Part shown: piece by piece, positions 59,248 to 64,000 of the stretch
How the letters are laid out: every line of letters starts with the position of its first letter
Numbering within the stretch: the stretch's first letter is position 1
Assembly: GCF_030144855.1 (NCBI RefSeq)
Contig: NC_082724.1
Location: 72,602,001 to 72,666,000 of the forward strand
Source of the DNA: Hypanus sabinus
Lineage: Eukaryota
Length of the DNA: 64,000 bases
Reading direction: 5' to 3'
The notes under the pieces: model-generated
Databases searched by the model: none
What the model was told of the DNA's origin: nothing
Seen by the model: the letters and a program-made list of their open reading frames with translations, nothing else
Made by a program: the position numbers and the translations under genes

Positions 59248-60630
59248 ATGGATATAGACAAATTTTTAGAAAGCCCGACTTTGAAGGCGCTAGAGGGTGC
59301 CAAAAAGACAGACTTGGTGAATATTGCGAAATGTTTAAATCTCACAGAGGTGAAGTCGTCAATGAAAAAGTGGGAGATAAAGAGGGCCATAGCCCAGTAT
59401 TATATAGACAAGGATGTGTTTTCGGTTGGGGTATTGGATCTGTTCCCTGAAAAGAAACCAGTTGTTGGGGTGGTTCAGTTAGAGTTGGAAAAATTAAGGT
59501 TGGATGCGGAACAGATGAAAAGGGAGTATGAGCTCCAGCTAAAGGAGTTGGAGGTGAAAAGGGAGCGGGAAAGAGCTGCCTGGGAGGCGCAAAGGGAGAA
59601 GGAGAAAGCCGAAAGGGAGTTGGAGGAAAGGGAAAGGGAGAGAGATAGGCAGCATGCGCTGGACATGGAGAGGTTAAAGCAACAGGGAAAAGACCAGGTT
59701 GAAGGCACAGTTGAGAAGTTTAATGTTAGTTGGGAGTTTAGGTTATTACCTCCGTTCGAGGAGACAGATGTTGATAGTTACTTCTTGCATTTTGAAAAGG
59801 TGGCAGTGAATCAGAAGTGGCCCAGAGATCAGTGGGTGGCGTTATTACAAAGTGTATTAGCAGGGAAGGCTCAACGGGCATATGCGGCGTTGTCCGAGGG
59901 GGAATCTGAGGATTATGAGGAAGTAAAGCAGGCTATCCTTCAGGCCTACAAGTTGGTACCTGAAGTGTATAGACAAAAGTTCAGAGATTTAAAGAAACTG
60001 TGGAATCAGACGTATGCAGAGTTTGCCTATGAAAAGGGTGTGATCTTGGATCGATGGTGTGCTGCAGAAAAGGTGGAGGAGGATTTCCATCGTTTCAGAG
60101 AGTTAATTCTGATTGAGGAATTTAAAGGTTGTGTTTCAGATAATATCCGGATGTATCTGAACGAGACGAATAAGTCTATATTGGAATTTGCCAGGTTTGC
60201 AGATGAATATGCCCTAACCCACAAGACAAAGTTTTCCTCAGATAAGAGTTACCAGAAAGGCAGTAGGGACGGTAAAGAAAGTCCACCAGCTAGGGTAGAG
60301 AATAAGCTGGGAGCTAGTGGTAAAGGTAAGGAGGAGGACAAGCAGGCTGGCAGGAAGGTTCCTGGCTTGACCTGTTATAATTGTGGAAAGGTTGGTCATA
60401 TTGCATCTAAGTGCTTTGCTCCGAAGAAGGAGACAGGAAAAGGGAAAACAGCAGTCCCTACAGGGTGTATTGAGTCGATCAGCAAATCAACGAGGAAGGC
60501 AAAGGTAGATAGAGTACGAGAGGGGCATGAGAAGTTTATTTCAGAAGGGACGGTGTCTATGAAAGAAGGAGAGACCCCAGTTCCAGTGAGAATCTGGAGA
60601 GATACTGGGGCTGATCAGTCATTGATCTGA
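59248..60630 (+). CDS. Retrotransposon Gag (coiled coil, SCAN-like capsid domain, CCHC knuckle) plus N-terminal half of the aspartic protease, 460 aa
   Basis: PPFEETDVDSYFLHFEKVA...YRQKFR...ELILIEEFK; CYNCGKVGHIASKC; WRDTGADQSLI followed by an in-frame TGA. Confidence 0.88.
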   Translation: MDIDKFLESPTLKALEGAKKTDLVNIAKCLNLTEVKSSMKKWEIKRAIAQYYIDKDVFSVGVLDLFPEKKPVVGVVQLELEKLRLDAEQMKREYELQLKELEVKRERERAAWEAQREKEKAERELEERERERDRQHALDMERLKQQGKDQVEGTVEKFNVSWEFRLLPPFEETDVDSYFLHFEKVAVNQKWPRDQWVALLQSVLAGKAQRAYAALSEGESEDYEEVKQAILQAYKLVPEVYRQKFRDLKKLWNQTYAEFAYEKGVILDRWCAAEKVEEDFHRFRELILIEEFKGCVSDNIRMYLNETNKSILEFARFADEYALTHKTKFSSDKSYQKGSRDGKESPPARVENKLGASGKGKEEDKQAGRKVPGLTCYNCGKVGHIASKCFAPKKETGKGKTAVPTGCIESISKSTRKAKVDRVREGHEKFISEGTVSMKEGETPVPVRIWRDTGADQSLI

Positions 60631-62121
60631 AGTAAGGTGCTAGATTTTGGTCCTGAGACTGGAGAGGTAGTTTTGAGAGGCATAGGAAAAGGGACAGAAG
60701 CTGTACCTTTGCATGGGATCATTTTAAAATGTGACCTGGTATCTGGACCAGTTGAAGTAGGGGTGCGGTCAGAATTACCGAGAGATGGCGTTGACGTCCT
60801 TCTTGGTAATGATTTAGCAGGTGGCAACGTGTGTTCAGCAGTGAAATTGACAAGCAAGCCTGTGAGTGCTGAGGACCCGCCCCTGGATTCTAAGATCTAT
60901 CCCACATGCGCAATCACTCGCAGCATGTCGAGAGAGGCGGCTGAGAAAGAGGACAGTTTAAATGAGTCGAGTGTTGATTTGGCTGAGACGTTTTTACCGA
61001 CCCTGTACCAAGAGGGGTTAGGGGATGGTAAAGCGGAGAATAGGGAGGTGAAAGAGAGTAAAGGAGAGGAGGTAGACCTACCCTTAACTAGGAGGGAATT
61101 TATAGAGGCACAGAGTAAAGATGAGAAACAGATAAGGCAGTTAGAAGGTCTAGGGTTGGACATGGATGATATGTCTGGCTTGACAGAACTGTTTGAAGAA
61201 GTTGAAAAATTTAAATGTGTTCCCGATAATGATGTAAGGGCAATCCTAGATGAAAAGGATGCCGCTACCTTGAAGGAGTCTGCAGGGTTAGCAGATTAAG
61301 TTGTTTAAACCCACAGGGTTGAGTTTACTCCAGATGGGAGTTGCCCAGAGAGTAACTGGGAGGATCAGGGGAACTCAGAATTTGGAAAAGGGACTGGTAT
61401 TGAAAGCCTGGAAGAGGTAGATGTCCCGTTTGAGTGTGTTCAGGGTGTGGAGTCACAGGGTACTGAACCTAGTATTGAAACTCAGGAAAAGTCTGAGGTA
61501 TCTGATTTAGTTGAAAAGGAATGCAGTCCTTTTGGGTCAGATGGACTTGGTTCAGTGAAGAAAGGGTTAACCTTGGTACCAGTGGAAAGTGAGAATTCTC
61601 AGTTGTTTGTGTTAGAAGGTGTGTAAAAAGTTAGTGAGGAGATGAAGGGTGGTGATGTGAATATTATTGAAGGAGAAGGGAAAAGTATTGATCCTAGACT
61701 ATTGAGTAAAGAAAATTTAAAGACTGGATTGGTTTTAGAAGCAGTAACCAGGGTGAAGGAACAATGGCTTGTTAACAAGGTGCCTGTGAATCAATTACAG
61801 TTTGTTTTGGAATTTAAAGGTAAACAACTTGCTGATGTTATTCAAGGAGGTGATTTGGAGGGACAGAAACAAAGGTATTGTTCTGACAAAGGGGGATCAC
61901 TTGTAGATGTTAGACTGAAAACTAATAGAATGAAGGGTCCTGAAGATAAAATTAATGACTTGCTCAAAAATAAAGAATTGTGTGGAAGTTCAGAAAATGG
62001 GCTAAGTTTGGAAAACATTGGTGATAAGATAACTCCTATGAAAGGAGTCTGTGAAGGCCTATTCCACACTGGTGAGCAAGCTAACCACGTGAGAGTTGAG
62101 TGGAAAAGGGGCAAAGGTTGA
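60631..62121 (+). pseudogene. Same-frame continuation: rest of the protease plus a degenerate second gag/protease copy, with in-frame stops
   Basis: ORFs 60637 and 61642 are in frame with 59248; GVDVLLGNDL protease C-terminal motif; stops at 61297, 61306 and 61624. Confidence 0.75.
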
Positions 62122-62320
62122 CAAAATGCTACTTTGAATAATAGGATCTGGTTTTGAGAGAATTCGACAAAGCATGTAAATAATAATAACAACACCATGG
62201 AAGATTGACTGTTAAGTTTGAAAGTAAAATAGAGATTAGTATTTGCACAAGCTTCTGTAATGTACCACAGTATAATTACACATGTATTGGTTCACATTTT
62301 GTAATATACACTTAAGCTAA

Positions 62321-62480
62321 GATCACAACCTTTTAGTTTTTTTTTGCTGATGAAAAGGGAAAAAATAGGAGGTTATTAAATTGGAGTCTGATGCTACAGG
62401 AATTTATTAAGATACAAGATATTAAGATATTACGATACAATATATTAAAGGGAGTGACAATGCAATCGCTGACTGTCTAG
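62321..62480 (+). pseudogene. RNase H C-terminal remnant of pol
   Basis: Reads DHNLLVF...KNRRLLNWSLMLQEF...IQYIKGSDNAIADCL with indels, matching the Ty3/Gypsy RNase H end (DH...RW...KG..N.IAD.LSR). Confidence 0.8.
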
Positions 62481-62597
62481 ATGCTGAGTTGAGTGTATAA
62501 TTGTATTATCTTTGTAGTTAAAAACACCTGTATTTTGTTAGATTCTGTAATTCTATAAGACGCTGTATTAGTTATTTTCCCTTTGGTGAAAATTCCT

Positions 62598-62610
62598 AGA
62601 AGGATGGGGG
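62598..62610 (+). other. Polypurine tract
   Basis: AGAAGGATGGGGG immediately before the TG of the 3' LTR. Confidence 0.8.
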
Positions 62611-63436
62611 TGTTACGAAGGATGAACAGCTCTGATGGGCAGAAGGGTGCAGGGTTTCCCATGTCCCCCTCCCCTGGGAGAATTACAAACCGTTACTGTT
62701 GCCATGCTGCTAATGAGAGAGAAAGAGATGGAACAAAAACATGCCAGAACATCTGCTACTGATAAGAGAGGGGAGAGAGACTTGTTGTTCCACCACATTA
62801 TGACTCCTGTAAGACTTGCGGCTTCTGAGAAGGATTGTTTACCTTATACTATTCTGTTCATTAAAATTCCTCAGTGGACAGCCGGAGTGGGCTGGTTTGA
62901 TGGACTAAGCCATTCAAAACTGATTGACACCTGAGACCCCGTGAGTAGGGATAAAAGTGAGGTCCGGGGAGACGCCCCTCAGACACACCAGGAGATACAC
63001 TAGTGAGCACTGCTTGAGTGTTGGAACCCACGAGAAGGTGTGGGGCATCGGGGACCGAACAAAGGATTGGTCAGTTTAACTCAGTGTTTATAGCAGGGCC
63101 GGTGGGGGCTTGTGTGTGTGTCCGCCCTTGCCTGGGTGACGAGTCCACGACAGAAGAACGGTCTAGCTGAAGGACAGAGGGGTCATACCTGAATGGCCAC
63201 AACACATCGACGGATCAAGAACATAAAGGAAGGTTTGGCTGACTGTAGCTGTCGCTGTTTGCTCTCTCTTTCTCTCTCTCTCCAACGATTAAAACACAAG
63301 AACCAACAACTACCTCAGCACAGTATGAACTGAACTGAACTTTATATTCACATATGACCATTCATTATCCCCTAGACATCGATAGAGCTTATTTATTATT
63401 GATTATTATTATACCCACACTTTTAGGTTTAGTATT
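62611..63436 (+). repeat. 3' LTR, truncated at its 3' end
   Basis: Matches 58162 to about 58991, then switches abruptly to CR1 sequence; the terminal CGTAACA is missing. Confidence 0.93.
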
Positions 63437-63546
63437 CAAAAATTCAAGGTGCAAATTGACCTGGGAGTCTTTGTGCAGGATTCCCTAAAAGATGATTTGC
63501 AGGTAAAATTGGTGTGATGTTAGCATTCATTTCAGGAGGACTAGAA

Positions 63547-64000
63547 TATGGCCCTAACCCACCTGGACAAAAGACATGTACGTTGGAATGCTGTTCATAG
63601 ACTTCAGTTCAGCATTCAACACAATCGTTCCTCAGAAACTGATTGGAAAGCTGAGCCTACCAGGCCTGAACACCTCCCTCTGCAACTGGATCCCAGACTT
63701 CCTGACTGGGAGACCTCAGGCAGTCCGGATCGGGAGCAGCATCTCCAACACCATCACGCTGAGCACGGGGGCCCCCCAGGGTTGCTTGCTCAGTCCACTG
63801 CTGTTCACTCTGCTGACCCACGACTGTGCTGCAACACACAGCTCGAACCACATCATCAAGTTCACTGATGACACGACCGTGGTGGGTCTCATCAGCAAGA
63901 ACGACAAGTCAGCTTACAGAGAGGAGGTGCAGTGACTAACAGACTGGTGCAGAGCCAACAACCTGTCTCTGAATGTGAGCAAAACAAAAGAGATGGTTGT
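63547..64000 (+). mobile_element. Rex1/Babar-like LINE RT fragment (runs off the window), preceded by a short CR1 fragment at 63437-63546
   Basis: ORF 63576-63935 ([13 protein letters not shown]...[13 protein letters not shown]...[12 protein letters not shown]). Confidence 0.85.

Larger units (their letters stand above)
58162..63436 (+). mobile_element. Non-autonomous Gmr1-like Ty3/Gypsy LTR retrotransposon
   Basis: Two near-identical LTRs, PBS, PPT, SCAN-like gag with CCHC knuckle, DTG protease, and a terminal RNase H remnant; no recognisable RT or integrase. Confidence 0.92.

Noticed and set aside
60628-60630. Programmed stop-codon readthrough between gag and pol
   Set aside because: The TGA lies inside the protease, 7 codons after DTG where a hydrophobic residue is expected, and further point stops follow; a nonsense mutation is more parsimonious. 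The family consensus would decide.
58198-62934. Duplicated 95/99-aa ORFs at 58198 and 62635
   Set aside because: Explained by LTR duplication; non-ATG starts and no recognisable domain.

Overview
Eukaryotic (vertebrate) genomic DNA; the repeat content (CR1, Rex1/Babar-like, Penelope-derived and Tigger-type elements) suggests a cartilaginous fish (inference). From left to right: three identical tRNA-Pro(TGG) genes (921-1713); a complete minus-strand TADA3 gene (8 coding exons, 9122-28171, 430 aa); a head-to-head CpG-island promoter; a complete plus-strand ARPC4 gene (6 coding exons, 33977-51333, 167 aa); a further CpG promoter and first exon with RFX/forkhead motifs (about 55170-55480, TTLL3 by synteny only); and a young, non-autonomous Gmr1-like Ty3/Gypsy LTR element (58162-63436) primed by tRNA-Pro. 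Three observations stand out. (1) A 3.8-kb array of about 100 copies of a 38-bp unit starts exactly at a TADA3 splice donor. Each unit recopies the donor as AG|GT, resembles a micro-intron, and can fold its decoy donor into a hairpin that the authentic donor escapes by one base. (2) ARPC4 intron 5 holds a duplicate of the gene's own poly(A) region that has gained a splice acceptor and is paired with a local antisense copy. (3) The LTR element replaces IN/RT with a degenerate second copy of its own gag-protease in the same reading frame. All coordinates were read by eye, and boundaries of old repeats are approximate.
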